A stretch of 61,208 nucleotides of DNA, taken from Alphaproteobacteria bacterium. Lineage in GTDB: Bacteria > Pseudomonadota > Alphaproteobacteria > RF32 > CAG-239. Below the pieces are notes generated by a model. That model was not told the origin of the DNA. It did not search any database and worked only from the letters and a program-made list of their open reading frames with translations. The stretch covers positions 1 to 61,208 of the forward strand of contig JAZQZB010000033.1 of assembly GCA_045633825.1 (NCBI GenBank), in the 5' to 3' direction. The position numbers were made by a program, and so were the translations under genes. Shown here piece by piece: positions 1-8,859 of the stretch (the first letter of the stretch is position 1; every line of letters starts with the position of its first letter).

Positions 1-127
1 GCTTCGTCGTCGCAAGTGCGGCGATACTTTCGTCTCGCCTGCTCCTCCTAGTCAAACTCCCTTCTTTCGTGAGTTCGAGGCCTCTGGCGAAAGCAAACAA
101 AAAATCCCCCGTGAAAGGGGGATTTTT
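1..127 (+). ncRNA. Candidate sibling sRNA, copy 1 (5' end may lie outside the window): GC-rich 90-nt block (1-90) plus intrinsic-terminator hairpin (100-127)
   Basis: Block 1-90 recurs at 207-296 with 2 mismatches. Stem aaaaatccccc/gggggattttt has a 6-nt loop and a T-run. Local G+C is far above the flanks. No conserved ORF. Confidence 0.35.
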
Positions 128-202
128 TTGTTGATGATGAATAGAAGTAATAAACAGCCCATAAGGGCTGTCAGAGAGACTGACCTCGCATATAAAATGC
201 TC

Positions 203-334
203 GGCCGCTTCGTCGTCGCAAGTGCGGCGATACTTCCGTCTCGCCTGCTCCTTCTAGTCAAACTCCCTTCTTTCGTGAGTTCGAGGCCTCTGGCGATAAC
301 CATTAAAAAATCCCCCATGAAAGGGGGATTTTTT
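203..334 (+). ncRNA. Candidate sibling sRNA, copy 2: GC-rich 90-nt block (207-296) plus terminator hairpin (305-334)
   Basis: Possible -35 ctgtca (168-173), 17-nt spacer, -10 tataaa (191-196) would place a start just before the block. There is an 8-bp stem gtcgtcgc/gcggcgat with an aagt loop. CT-rich stretches ctccttct and ctcccttcttt are present. The hairpin is followed by a T-run. Confidence 0.4.
305..334. terminator. Bidirectional intrinsic terminator (A-run, stem, T-run); also lies directly 3' of tRNA-Thr on the minus strand
   Basis: aaaaaatccccc atgaaa gggggatttttt. Confidence 0.6.
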
Positions 335-336
335 AA

Positions 337-412
337 TGGTGCCGACAGAGAGACTCGAACTCCCGACCCACTGATTACAAATCAGTAGCTCTACCAACTG
401 AGCTATGTCGGC
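337..412 (-). tRNA. tRNA-Thr (anticodon UGU), CCA encoded
   Basis: 76-nt cloverleaf read on the minus strand: gccgacatagctcag...tggtagagc. Anticodon stem actga/tcagt with loop tttgtaa. T-arm ggttcgagtct. 3' end is acca. Confidence 0.85.
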
Positions 413-568
413 GTAATCAAGGAGGTTATACATATAAGTTTTGTTGTTGTCAATAAAAAAAATAACACTTTTCTATCTCTATGGGGAAAAAGTAAAATTT
501 TGCTTGGTTTTATTGTCCGTATGGCTAAAATTATCACTAGTTTTGTTTGTTTTTGAAAGGTTTTTATT

Positions 569-1924
569 ATGGCTTCTAATAAATGGTTCGGAACTGACGG
601 TGTCAGAGGGGTGGCTAACGAATTTCCAATGGTGGCTGATTTTGCCATGAAATTGGCTTGTGCTTGCGCTCAAAAAGTTTGTGTAAATAATAAAAAAGTC
701 GCAATAGCTAAAGATACTCGTATTTCAGGTGATATGTTAGAAGCATCTTTAATCGCCGGTTTTACCTCTTTGGGCGTGGATGTTATCAGATTAGGTGTTA
801 TTCCGACACCGGCAGTTACAACTTTTGTTTCCGAACTTGATGTGGATATGGCTGTTATGATTACTGCTTCACATAATTCTTATCAGGACAATGGAATTAA
901 ACTTATTGCCAATAACGGTGATAAATTTGCTGATGAGGTTACATCCGAATTGGAAAATTTAATCGAAAATAACAATTTTTCTTTTGATAAGGATAAATTA
1001 GGCAGGGTTTTTGAAAATTATTCTATCAAAGAAAAATACAAACAAATCGCTTATGATATGTATGGCACAACATCATCTTTGAAAGGCTTAAAAATTGTTG
1101 CAGATTGTGCTAACGGTGTTTTTTCGGATATATTACCCGAAGTATTGCGTAATTTGGGGGCCGAAGTCGTAGAAGTCGGTGTTGAACCTAACGGTACAAA
1201 CATCAATCGTGATTGCGGTTCTCAACATCCTAAAGTAATGCTTGAAACTATTATTAAAACCGGAGCCGATTTGGGAGTGGCAGTTGATGGTGACGGTGAC
1301 AGAATTAAAGTCGGTGATAATAACGGTAAACTTATTAAAAGCGAACAGCTCTTGGCTTTTTTGGCAACATATATGCAGGAAATCGGCGAAAATAAAGGAA
1401 GAGCTTTTGTCTCTACGAAACTTTCCAATACTGCTTTAGAAAGATATATTACTCAAAAATTGGGTTTGAAATATATTTTAACAGGTGTCGGTGAACGTCC
1501 GGTTATTAAGGCCTTAAAAGAGCAGGGCGGAGTTATCGGAGGAGAAGAATCAGGGCATATCGTTTTGCTTGATTATGCAAAATCAGGAGATGCCATGATC
1601 ACATTTTTAAAGGTTTTGCAAGGTTTGGCTCAAATGAATAAAAAGGCTTCGGAAATCTTTCCGCTTTTTGAAGATGACTTTTTGTTTTTTGAAAACTTTA
1701 AGGTTAAGTCAAATGATGCTGTTAAAACAATTACTAATCGTGATGAATTGAAAAATTTGGTAGATAAATTAAGTGAGAAAATTAACGGACATGGACGTGT
1801 GGTTATTCATCCTTCGGGAACAGAGCCAACAATCAGAGTATGGGTTTGCGGTGATGATGAACAGGTTGTACAAGAGTTCGGAAATAAGTTGTGGAATACC
1901 ATTGAACAACTAAATTATGATTAA
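569..1924 (+). CDS. glmM: Phosphoglucosamine mutase
   Basis: 451 aa. Motifs GTDGVRG, phosphoserine loop TASHNS, DGDGDR metal site, GEESGH. Confidence 0.9.
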   Translation: MASNKWFGTDGVRGVANEFPMVADFAMKLACACAQKVCVNNKKVAIAKDTRISGDMLEASLIAGFTSLGVDVIRLGVIPTPAVTTFVSELDVDMAVMITASHNSYQDNGIKLIANNGDKFADEVTSELENLIENNNFSFDKDKLGRVFENYSIKEKYKQIAYDMYGTTSSLKGLKIVADCANGVFSDILPEVLRNLGAEVVEVGVEPNGTNINRDCGSQHPKVMLETIIKTGADLGVAVDGDGDRIKVGDNNGKLIKSEQLLAFLATYMQEIGENKGRAFVSTKLSNTALERYITQKLGLKYILTGVGERPVIKALKEQGGVIGGEESGHIVLLDYAKSGDAMITFLKVLQGLAQMNKKASEIFPLFEDDFLFFENFKVKSNDAVKTITNRDELKNLVDKLSEKINGHGRVVIHPSGTEPTIRVWVCGDDEQVVQEFGNKLWNTIEQLNYD

Positions 1925-2003
1925 TATTTTATTAATAAATAAATGCTATTTTTAAAAATGTATAAAAGTATTTGTTTGTATTAATTACAGAGGGATTTGT
2001 TTT

Positions 2004-2216
2004 ATGAACCAACTTATAGAAAAATCTGCCTTTGATTGGTCTAAAGATAAAAATAAACGTATTATGGCTAAAGGTGTTGCAGCTATGGCTATATTGAGCC
2101 GCAAGGTAGATGCAAAGGGTAATATTGTTTTGAATGGTTCGACACGTTGTGTTTGGAATAATCTTCAAAACAGATCTGACAGCCGCTATTTACAACGTCG
2201 AGTTTGGATTAGTTAA
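2004..2216 (+). CDS. Hypothetical small protein (70 aa)
   Basis: ORF only. Its stop overlaps the start of the next ORF (TAATG). Confidence 0.3.
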   Translation: MNQLIEKSAFDWSKDKNKRIMAKGVAAMAILSRKVDAKGNIVLNGSTRCVWNNLQNRSDSRYLQRRVWIS

Positions 2217-2536
2217 TGTTTAAGGGGCTTGCCGCACTATTTAGAACAGGGTTTATTTTTAAACCGTTTGTATTGCTTGGAATTTTTTGCGGTTCTTGGT
2301 GTTATTTAAATATGGAACCGTCTGAAATAAGATATTTGTTTTTGATGAATTATTTTTATGCCGCAGTTGTATTTTCTTCGATTGTTTTTGTTCTTTTGTT
2401 TTCCAGAGTATATGATGATTCCGGAAATAGTTTGGATTGGCCGGCAATGTTTTGGAAAATTGTAGGAAATATTGCGAAATTTTTTATTTCATTTGTTTTA
2501 GTAATGTCTTTTATTTCAATGATTAGTATTTTTTAA
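2216..2536 (+). CDS. Hypothetical membrane protein (106 aa, about 3 hydrophobic helices)
   Basis: Hydrophobic segments. Translationally coupled to the upstream ORF. Confidence 0.4.
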   Translation: MFKGLAALFRTGFIFKPFVLLGIFCGSWCYLNMEPSEIRYLFLMNYFYAAVVFSSIVFVLLFSRVYDDSGNSLDWPAMFWKIVGNIAKFFISFVLVMSFISMISIF

Positions 2537-2706
2537 ACATTGATATCAATTTGTGTGCCTTTATTTTCTGATACGGGAGCAGAGCGAGATGCATCGGCCA
2601 ATATTTCAACAATTTGTTGAGTGGCTTCGGCATTTTGTTTTATAATGCTCATTTGAAGTTGCTGTATTGCAACCATATATGAGCTTATGGCTCCCAGAGT
2701 GTTCAT
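2533..2706 (-). CDS. YjfB-like putative motility protein (57 aa; below the 60-aa ORF-track cutoff)
   Basis: Hand translation: MNTLGAISSYMVAIQQLQMSIIKQNAEATQQIVEILADASRSAPVSENKGTQIDINV. SD aagagga lies 7 nt upstream of the ATG. The N-terminal Q-rich helix and C-terminal G.xIDIxV resemble the YjfB_motility family. Confidence 0.45.
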   Translation of the reverse strand: MNTLGAISSYMVAIQQLQMSIIKQNAEATQQIVEILADASRSAPVSENKGTQIDINV

Positions 2707-2841
2707 TATAATATCCTCTTAATTTAACTCTTATAAGTATAACATAAAAAAGATAAAAAATGTACTAATTTTTTATATGAATCGTTGTTTTAATGGTTTG
2801 GTTATTTATATATTTATTGTTATATTTTGCGGAGATTCAAT

Positions 2842-3264
2842 ATGTATAGATTTCAAATGATATTAGTCGTATGGGGAATTTTTATTTCTTTTTCTTCAAT
2901 GGCCGGAGATGATCCTACAATTATTTATGGTTCTGCAGCAACTTCTGACGGTGAACAAAACGCGTTTGTAGTCGAACAACCGGAAAATGCACCGAATCCG
3001 TTGGGTAATCCGATTGTAGGAGAGAATAGACCTGTTGAAGTTTTTGGTAATCTTGATGAGGGGCGAGATGATCAAAATAATTTCAATAGAGATAACCGCG
3101 AAAATCTCAATAATCAAAATAATCCGGGAAATGATTTTGAAAATACTTTGTTAGAAGCTAATGACAGAGTATATGACATCCAATCATATCCTAAATCAGA
3201 CTTTAAGGTTATGGATAATCCGGTTGAACCGCAAACTATTTATTCACCTAATGTGAATGATTAG
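2842..3264 (+). CDS. Secreted low-complexity (Asn/Asp/Glu-rich) protein
   Basis: SD ggaga precedes the ATG at 2842. Signal-peptide-like MYRFQMILVVWGIFISFSSMAG. Confidence 0.5.
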   Translation: MYRFQMILVVWGIFISFSSMAGDDPTIIYGSAATSDGEQNAFVVEQPENAPNPLGNPIVGENRPVEVFGNLDEGRDDQNNFNRDNRENLNNQNNPGNDFENTLLEANDRVYDIQSYPKSDFKVMDNPVEPQTIYSPNVND

Positions 3265-4991
3265 TTACAGTCAAAGTATTTATAATCGAGATTGCGACAT
3301 TTCCATTTGTCTTTTAATAATTCAGAAGGTTCAAGAGTTTGATATCTTTTGTCATTATTAATAGATGATCCTAAATGGATTACGTATTTGTCTTCACAGT
3401 TAATATTATCAGTGTTTTCAACCAATAAAAATTCACTGTTGCCGTAAATACTGTATGCTTTCGCACCTCGATGAAGGTGAATTTGACTTAAAGTGTTGAT
3501 CAAATCAGGATTATCAGAAGTGGAAATCAATTTTATGTAAGCAGTGTCGATTATTGCATGTTGTTTGAGAACAACATTGGCTGTTTCGACAACAATACCA
3601 CCGGAAATCTTGGCTTTTGAATTGCACCCGAAAGAGATACTTTCGTTGTTAATAGAGTTATTAGATGTATCTTTATATTTTAAGATTCCTTTGATTATTG
3701 TTTCGCTGTATGAACCTGCTTTCAGATAACCGAATAAATTTCCTTTAATACCTAATGAAGCACTTTTACCTAAATTGATATTACCGGTAACATTGCCGGA
3801 GGTAATGAATTTTCCGTTGTCTTCAATATTTATGTTTGCACAGATATTATTAGCACCGGAAATATTTAATGTGCCGGAAACATTAATATTGAGACCTTTA
3901 AGAGCACATGCTCCGGGAGTTCCGGTAACTTTTATTCTGACATTATTGAATTTGCCGTTGGCATTAAGTTCAATCGGTTCAAGATAATTTAGAATTAAGT
4001 TAACATTACTTATTTCGCGATTTAAGACATTAGAGTACAGTTCCATATTTTTAGCATTTAGATTTAATGTTATTGTCGGACGTTTATTTGAAATACATGT
4101 TTCAGATATTTGTCCGAAAGGTGATTTTAGAATTTTTTTAGTAATGTCTAATATCGGGTCGGTAATATCTTCAGCTATGATATCGGCTTCGGGGAATAGC
4201 TTGGCAGCTAATTTATCGCAGTTTAATACACATTTTACAAGACTGTCTAATTCGGGACATGTGTAAGTATCTTCGGTAGAAGAACAAGATGTTTTATAAT
4301 GACCTGTTTCTTTGCAATATGATTCTGCTGTTTTACAAGTTTGGTAAAGAATCTTTGACGCTTTTTGACAAGTTGCCGTTTGGGGTGTTTCCGGACCGTA
4401 TGGACAATTTAAAAAGCCTTCACAAGGATTTTCAATAATGTTGGTTTTGGTAATGTTGTCGCAATTTATGCATGTTTCACCGGCAGCAATGTATCCGGCA
4501 GGTATATTTTTTATATCGTGAGAAAATTCTTCGCAAGGTGTACAACATTTTCCGTAGTTGTTGCTGAAAGGACATCTGTCATTGGTAATTTTACATTTTG
4601 TTTTAAATGAATAGTTTAAGCTTTCACAGGCTTTTTCAATATTTAATTCACAAGAACGATACATTTCGGCATTGTTATCACATTTTTTTAACGGATATGA
4701 CGGAAGTTTACATTCTTTCAGTTTGTATGAGAAATTGTTGTTCAGGCACCATTGTTCTTGAGAACAGCTTTTATAATAGTTTTGATGATGAGGACATTGA
4801 TCGGTAGGAGCTGTCATTTTAGGACAATTTTCATATGTGATTTTATATCCTTCATCAATACATTTTTTTTCAGATCTGGTGGGATTCTTTGAAGTATATG
4901 TATTTGTTGCATATTCCGGAATAACAGATGCAATAACCGGTGATGATGATAATAACAGTGCAATTATAATTAATTTACCTATACGAATCAT
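3261..4991 (-). CDS. Secreted cysteine-rich protein with a C-terminal beta-helix-like repeat region (576 aa)
   Basis: Signal peptide MIRIGKLIIIALLLSSSPVIASV. The N-terminal half has many Cys in repeated C..CP....Y(K/R)(S/T)C modules. The C-terminal half has G/N/I-rich repeats (NVSGTLNISG, NVTGNINLG). Confidence 0.6.
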   Translation of the reverse strand: MIRIGKLIIIALLLSSSPVIASVIPEYATNTYTSKNPTRSEKKCIDEGYKITYENCPKMTAPTDQCPHHQNYYKSCSQEQWCLNNNFSYKLKECKLPSYPLKKCDNNAEMYRSCELNIEKACESLNYSFKTKCKITNDRCPFSNNYGKCCTPCEEFSHDIKNIPAGYIAAGETCINCDNITKTNIIENPCEGFLNCPYGPETPQTATCQKASKILYQTCKTAESYCKETGHYKTSCSSTEDTYTCPELDSLVKCVLNCDKLAAKLFPEADIIAEDITDPILDITKKILKSPFGQISETCISNKRPTITLNLNAKNMELYSNVLNREISNVNLILNYLEPIELNANGKFNNVRIKVTGTPGACALKGLNINVSGTLNISGANNICANINIEDNGKFITSGNVTGNINLGKSASLGIKGNLFGYLKAGSYSETIIKGILKYKDTSNNSINNESISFGCNSKAKISGGIVVETANVVLKQHAIIDTAYIKLISTSDNPDLINTLSQIHLHRGAKAYSIYGNSEFLLVENTDNINCEDKYVIHLGSSINNDKRYQTLEPSELLKDKWKCRNLDYKYFDCN

Positions 4992-5181
4992 AATTTTTTC
5001 TCTTGTTGTTTGATTAAATATTATTAGTCATTATGAATAATAATTTTTATTTTTTTATAAAAAAACAATTTTTTTGAAAAAAATGAGTTTTTTGTACTAG
5101 ATTTAAACCTCATTTTGTGATATGTTAGCACTCGCAATGGAAAAATACAACCAGAATAATAAAATAATAGGCAGGTAAATT

Positions 5182-5691
5182 ATGAATAAAAAAATAACTG
5201 TACATAATCCATATGCAACCGGTGAATATGTGGTTTATCCGGCTCATGGAGTTGGTAAGGTTTCTGATGTTACTAAACAAACTATTGCGGGAACCGAGTT
5301 AGAGCTTATCGTTGTTAACTTTGACAAAGATAAGATGACTTTGCGTATTCCAATGGCTAAAGCCGAAACTACAGGATTAAGAAAAATTTCTAATGCCGAC
5401 ACAATTAATGATGCTTTGACAACATTGAAAGGAAAAGCAAAAGTTAAAAAAGTTATGTGGTCACGTCGTGCACAAGAATATGAAAATAAAATAAATTCAG
5501 GAAATCCGGTAGCTATTGCCGAAGTCATTCGTGATTTGCATCGTAATGAAAATTTGGCAGAACAGTCTTATAGCGAAAGACAAATTTATGAGCAAGCTTT
5601 GGACAGATTATCTAATGAATATGCGGTGTTTGAAAATATTTCCGCCAATGAAGCTACTCAGAAAATATTAGATGTTTTAACTAAACAATAA
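5182..5691 (+). CDS. carD: CarD/CdnL family transcriptional regulator
   Basis: 169 aa. N-terminal YVVYPAHGVGKV Tudor-like motif. Confidence 0.8.
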   Translation: MNKKITVHNPYATGEYVVYPAHGVGKVSDVTKQTIAGTELELIVVNFDKDKMTLRIPMAKAETTGLRKISNADTINDALTTLKGKAKVKKVMWSRRAQEYENKINSGNPVAIAEVIRDLHRNENLAEQSYSERQIYEQALDRLSNEYAVFENISANEATQKILDVLTKQ

Positions 5692-5715
5692 TTTTAGTTG
5701 ATCATCAAACAGATA

Positions 5716-5749
5716 AAGGTCTCAAATGTGAAATTTTGAGGCCTTTTTT
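5716..5749 (+). terminator. Intrinsic terminator after carD
   Basis: 11-bp stem aaggtctcaaa/tttgaggcctt followed by a T-run. Confidence 0.65.
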
Positions 5750-5881
5750 GTCGTAAGAAAAAAGAATCTTGTGTATAAGTTTGGTGATAAAATAACCTCG
5801 TCTTGTTTTATAAAACTCTATGTATAGGATAAGATTAACTTTTTATTAACGAACATCCTTTTTAGCAGGAGTTTTATTAAA

Positions 5882-6286
5882 GTGAGTATTGCTGACGATT
5901 TAGTTAGTTTACAAACAGGTGGAATCGTGGTTTCCGCAGGACCGGTTTTAGTCGATGAAGAGGTTGAGAATCGGTATATGTGGGGATATTATCTGTGTAT
6001 TGAAAATAATACGGCTAAAAAAATTCAGCTTGTGGGGAAGGATTGGAATATTACCGATGATAAAGGGAATCGGTTTAATGATAGCTCCGTAGGATTTAAG
6101 GGAGAACTTCCGGAATTGGAACCGGGAGAGTATTTTGAATATACTTCTTATGCTCCGCTTCAAGCTAAAAATGCGGTTTTTTACGGTTCTTGTAAGGTGA
6201 GGGCAGATGGTGTCGAAAGCAACGTAAAAGTGCCGACATTTAGTTTGTCGGCACGTAACGGAGGTAAGAATCGAATCTTAAACTAG
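5882..6286 (+). CDS. apaG: ApaG (DUF525) protein
   Basis: 134 aa. GTG start with SD aggag. ELEPGEYFEYTS motif. Confidence 0.7.
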   Translation: MSIADDLVSLQTGGIVVSAGPVLVDEEVENRYMWGYYLCIENNTAKKIQLVGKDWNITDDKGNRFNDSSVGFKGELPELEPGEYFEYTSYAPLQAKNAVFYGSCKVRADGVESNVKVPTFSLSARNGGKNRILN

Positions 6287-6900
6287 TAGTATGTGGGTTC
6301 GATTTCTTGATTCTTTATATAGGCATTTAAATTTTGTTTAATCTCGCTTGTCATTCTTTCATTAAAGTCGTTAAATAATTTTTCGACCATCGAGTTCCAA
6401 TATTCTTCTTTTTTACTGATATCGTAAGATGCCGGTATGGTTAAACTTCTCCAAGCTTCAACATCTGTTGATGCTTGAGACATGGATGATGTGTCGGAAA
6501 TTTTTACAGATACTACTAAACGAGCTGAATATTTTATTTTGTCTTGTTCAAATATTTGATCACTTTCTTCTATTTCTTCGGTAACGGAAGCGTCTTTGAT
6601 GATTACTTCGGCTATTTTAGAAGAAGAAAAATCAGCAGCTTTTAAGCGATCTTGCCCCCATAATTTTGCTGTTTTTTCAATAGATACCGGAAGTAAGTGT
6701 TCAACGTTCGGTCTTGTAAAACTGGGGGTAAATTCAGAAATAATATCAATTTTATTTACTTTTAATTCGATAGGAGTTTCGTTTTGATAACGAGGTTCTT
6801 TATATTGTGAAACTTCATCCGGAGTTCCAAATAATGTAGAGCATGCAGTTAAGCTTATGCTTATACCGACAAGTGATAAAATTTTTTTTGCAGAAATCAT
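6283..6900 (-). CDS. Hypothetical lipoprotein
   Basis: ATG at 6900 with SD aagg. Lipobox SLTAC. Confidence 0.55.
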   Translation of the reverse strand: MISAKKILSLVGISISLTACSTLFGTPDEVSQYKEPRYQNETPIELKVNKIDIISEFTPSFTRPNVEHLLPVSIEKTAKLWGQDRLKAADFSSSKIAEVIIKDASVTEEIEESDQIFEQDKIKYSARLVVSVKISDTSSMSQASTDVEAWRSLTIPASYDISKKEEYWNSMVEKLFNDFNERMTSEIKQNLNAYIKNQEIEPTYY

Positions 6901-6921
6901 AGTCTTTTGCCTTATATCAAG

Positions 6922-6956
6922 TAAAAACACAGCTACGATATAAATATAGCTGTGTT
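6922..6956 (-). terminator. Intrinsic terminator after hslO
   Basis: Stem acacagcta/tagctgtgt with a T-run on the minus strand. Confidence 0.6.
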
Positions 6957-6991
6957 TAGTATACAGACAAATAAATTAAAATCAGGTTAAC

Positions 6992-7909
6992 TTATTGTTT
7001 GATAATTTCACTCGGTTCAAAGCAATATTGTTCAGAGCAAAAGTGGCAAGTGGCACTGATTTTACCGTCTTCAATCATTCCTTGAATATCTTCATTAGAA
7101 AAGGTGCTTAATGTTTGAAGCAATTTTTCTCGAGAGCAACGACATGAAAAAGTATAATTTTTGCTTCGTTGAATATTTAAGTTATTGCCATGGAAAAGAC
7201 GATGTAAAATATCTTCTGATGAAAGGCTGGCATCAAAAACTTCGTCTTCGGATAAACTTTCCATAAATATTTTAGCTTCGTTCCATGCTTCTTCAGCGGT
7301 TTCGGTATCGATTTTATTTCCGCCCGTGTTCGGCATTTTTTGAAGCATAATACCGCCGGCAATCCAAGATTTACTTTCACCTTGAGGGGCGTGTAAGAAA
7401 AGTTTTAAGGCTGTATCAATTTGTTCGGACTGTTTGAAATAACGTAAAGCACATTCACTCAAGGTTTTGCCTTGTAAGTCTACAACACCTTGATACAGTT
7501 CAGTATTTTTTCCTTGATCAACGGTAAAGGCCAGATGACCGCCACCCAAAAGGTGAGGGGTCGGTTCAATTTGACCTAAAGTTTTGCGTAATTTTTGACC
7601 GGCATTTAAGCGCTCTTCGTCAAAACGAGCGCAAGAGCGAATTTTGCCGTCTGATGTTACATCAATAACAACCATAGGAACAGGACCGTTGCTTTGGATT
7701 TGCAAAGTAAATAAACCATCATATTTTAAAGTCGAGGCAAGCATTGCCGCTAAAACGGTTGTTTCGGCTACAACGGCTGAAACAGGCAAGGGATATGCGT
7801 GTTTGTTGATTATGGTGTCTAAAACTTCGTTTAGGCGGATAAAACGGCCTTGATATGAACCGTTATCAATGAAGAAAGATACACAATTATCAAAATTTTT
7901 ATTAGGCAT
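6992..7909 (-). CDS. hslO: Hsp33 redox-regulated chaperone
   Basis: 305 aa. C-terminal zinc centre CRCS...CHFC. Confidence 0.85.
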   Translation of the reverse strand: MPNKNFDNCVSFFIDNGSYQGRFIRLNEVLDTIINKHAYPLPVSAVVAETTVLAAMLASTLKYDGLFTLQIQSNGPVPMVVIDVTSDGKIRSCARFDEERLNAGQKLRKTLGQIEPTPHLLGGGHLAFTVDQGKNTELYQGVVDLQGKTLSECALRYFKQSEQIDTALKLFLHAPQGESKSWIAGGIMLQKMPNTGGNKIDTETAEEAWNEAKIFMESLSEDEVFDASLSSEDILHRLFHGNNLNIQRSKNYTFSCRCSREKLLQTLSTFSNEDIQGMIEDGKISATCHFCSEQYCFEPSEIIKQ

Positions 7910-7978
7910 TATTAAAAATCCTTAGTATAGTAAAATAAATTTTTATAATTCTATAATCTATATTGAGAGTTTTTTCAA

Positions 7979-8524
7979 GTGTTGTTAGATGTAAAAAAAG
8001 AATATAATAAAAAAATGCCAAAAAAAATAACTCCGCAGAGGTTAAAAAATATTGCCTTATTTTATCTGAAGCGTTTTGAAACTTCGGAAGCTAATTTGCG
8101 TAGTGTCTTGAAACGTCGAATTGATGATTATGCTTACTTTAATAAGGAATTTGACAGAGCAACGGCTTATCAATGGTTGGATGAGTTAGTGAATGATTTT
8201 ATTAGACTTGGATATGTTAATGATGAACGATATGCCGAAATTAAAATCAGAGGTTATTTGGCGCAAGGAAAATCGCCGAGATATATTTTGAATAAATTAA
8301 AAGAAAAGGGTATAGATCAAGATTTGGCAGATAACTTGTTGAATGAGCAAGAATATGATGATTTCGAATCGGCCTTAAAATTGGCAAAAAAGAAAAAAAT
8401 AGGACCATTTTGTCCGGATGAAAAATTGCGTAGGGAACGGCGCAATAAAGATATGGGAGTTTTAATCAGAGCCGGTTTTGATTATGATGTGGTGTTAAAA
8501 GTTTTAGACCGGGATGAAGAATAA
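7979..8524 (+). CDS. recX: Recombination regulator RecX (start uncertain: GTG 7979 or ATG 8015)
   Basis: About 170-180 aa helical-repeat protein. LKNIALFYLKRFETSEANLRSVLKRR is typical of a RecX N-terminus. Confidence 0.7.
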   Translation: MLLDVKKEYNKKMPKKITPQRLKNIALFYLKRFETSEANLRSVLKRRIDDYAYFNKEFDRATAYQWLDELVNDFIRLGYVNDERYAEIKIRGYLAQGKSPRYILNKLKEKGIDQDLADNLLNEQEYDDFESALKLAKKKKIGPFCPDEKLRRERRNKDMGVLIRAGFDYDVVLKVLDRDEE

Positions 8525-8557
8525 AAAAACGGTGGATTGTTGTTCCACCGTTTTTTG
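8523..8557. terminator. Bidirectional intrinsic terminator between recX and the DUF378 gene
   Basis: aaaaaaacggtgga ttgttgt tccaccgtttttt. Confidence 0.7.
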
Positions 8558-8560
8558 AGA

Positions 8561-8782
8561 TTAGTTCATTTTGTGTTGAATAGATTCTTTTAGAGAGCAA
8601 CTTGGCGCAAAAGCTACCGTAATTGCCGAAAGAGCTACTAATACATATACAATTCGGCTTAAAATAGACATAGCTCCAAATAAGTATGCTACTAAATCAA
8701 AGCTAAATAATCCGACTAAACCCCAGTTAATTCCACCAATAATGGTTAAAACCAAAGCTGTATTACGCATCCAATTACTCAT
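8561..8782 (-). CDS. DUF378 family small membrane protein
   Basis: 73 aa. GGINWGLVGLFSFDLVAYLFG motif. Confidence 0.7.
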   Translation of the reverse strand: MSNWMRNTALVLTIIGGINWGLVGLFSFDLVAYLFGAMSILSRIVYVLVALSAITVAFAPSCSLKESIQHKMN

Positions 8783-8859
8783 GATTTAAATCTCCTATTT
8801 ATTTTTGAATACTTTTATGATATATGGCAGAGATAAATATTTTCAAGTTGTAACAGGTG

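Noticed and set aside
1-337. Possibility that the GC-rich tandem block is a two-piece tmRNA or SRP RNA
   Set aside because: No tRNA-like acceptor/T-arm, no ANDN-type tag reading frame and no SRP domain IV motif could be found on either strand.
52-388. Track ORFs 52..318 (minus, 88 aa) and 128..388 (plus, 86 aa)
   Set aside because: They run through the duplicated GC-rich block, both terminator hairpins and into the tRNA-Thr gene. There is no SD and the repeat-derived sequence is not protein-like.
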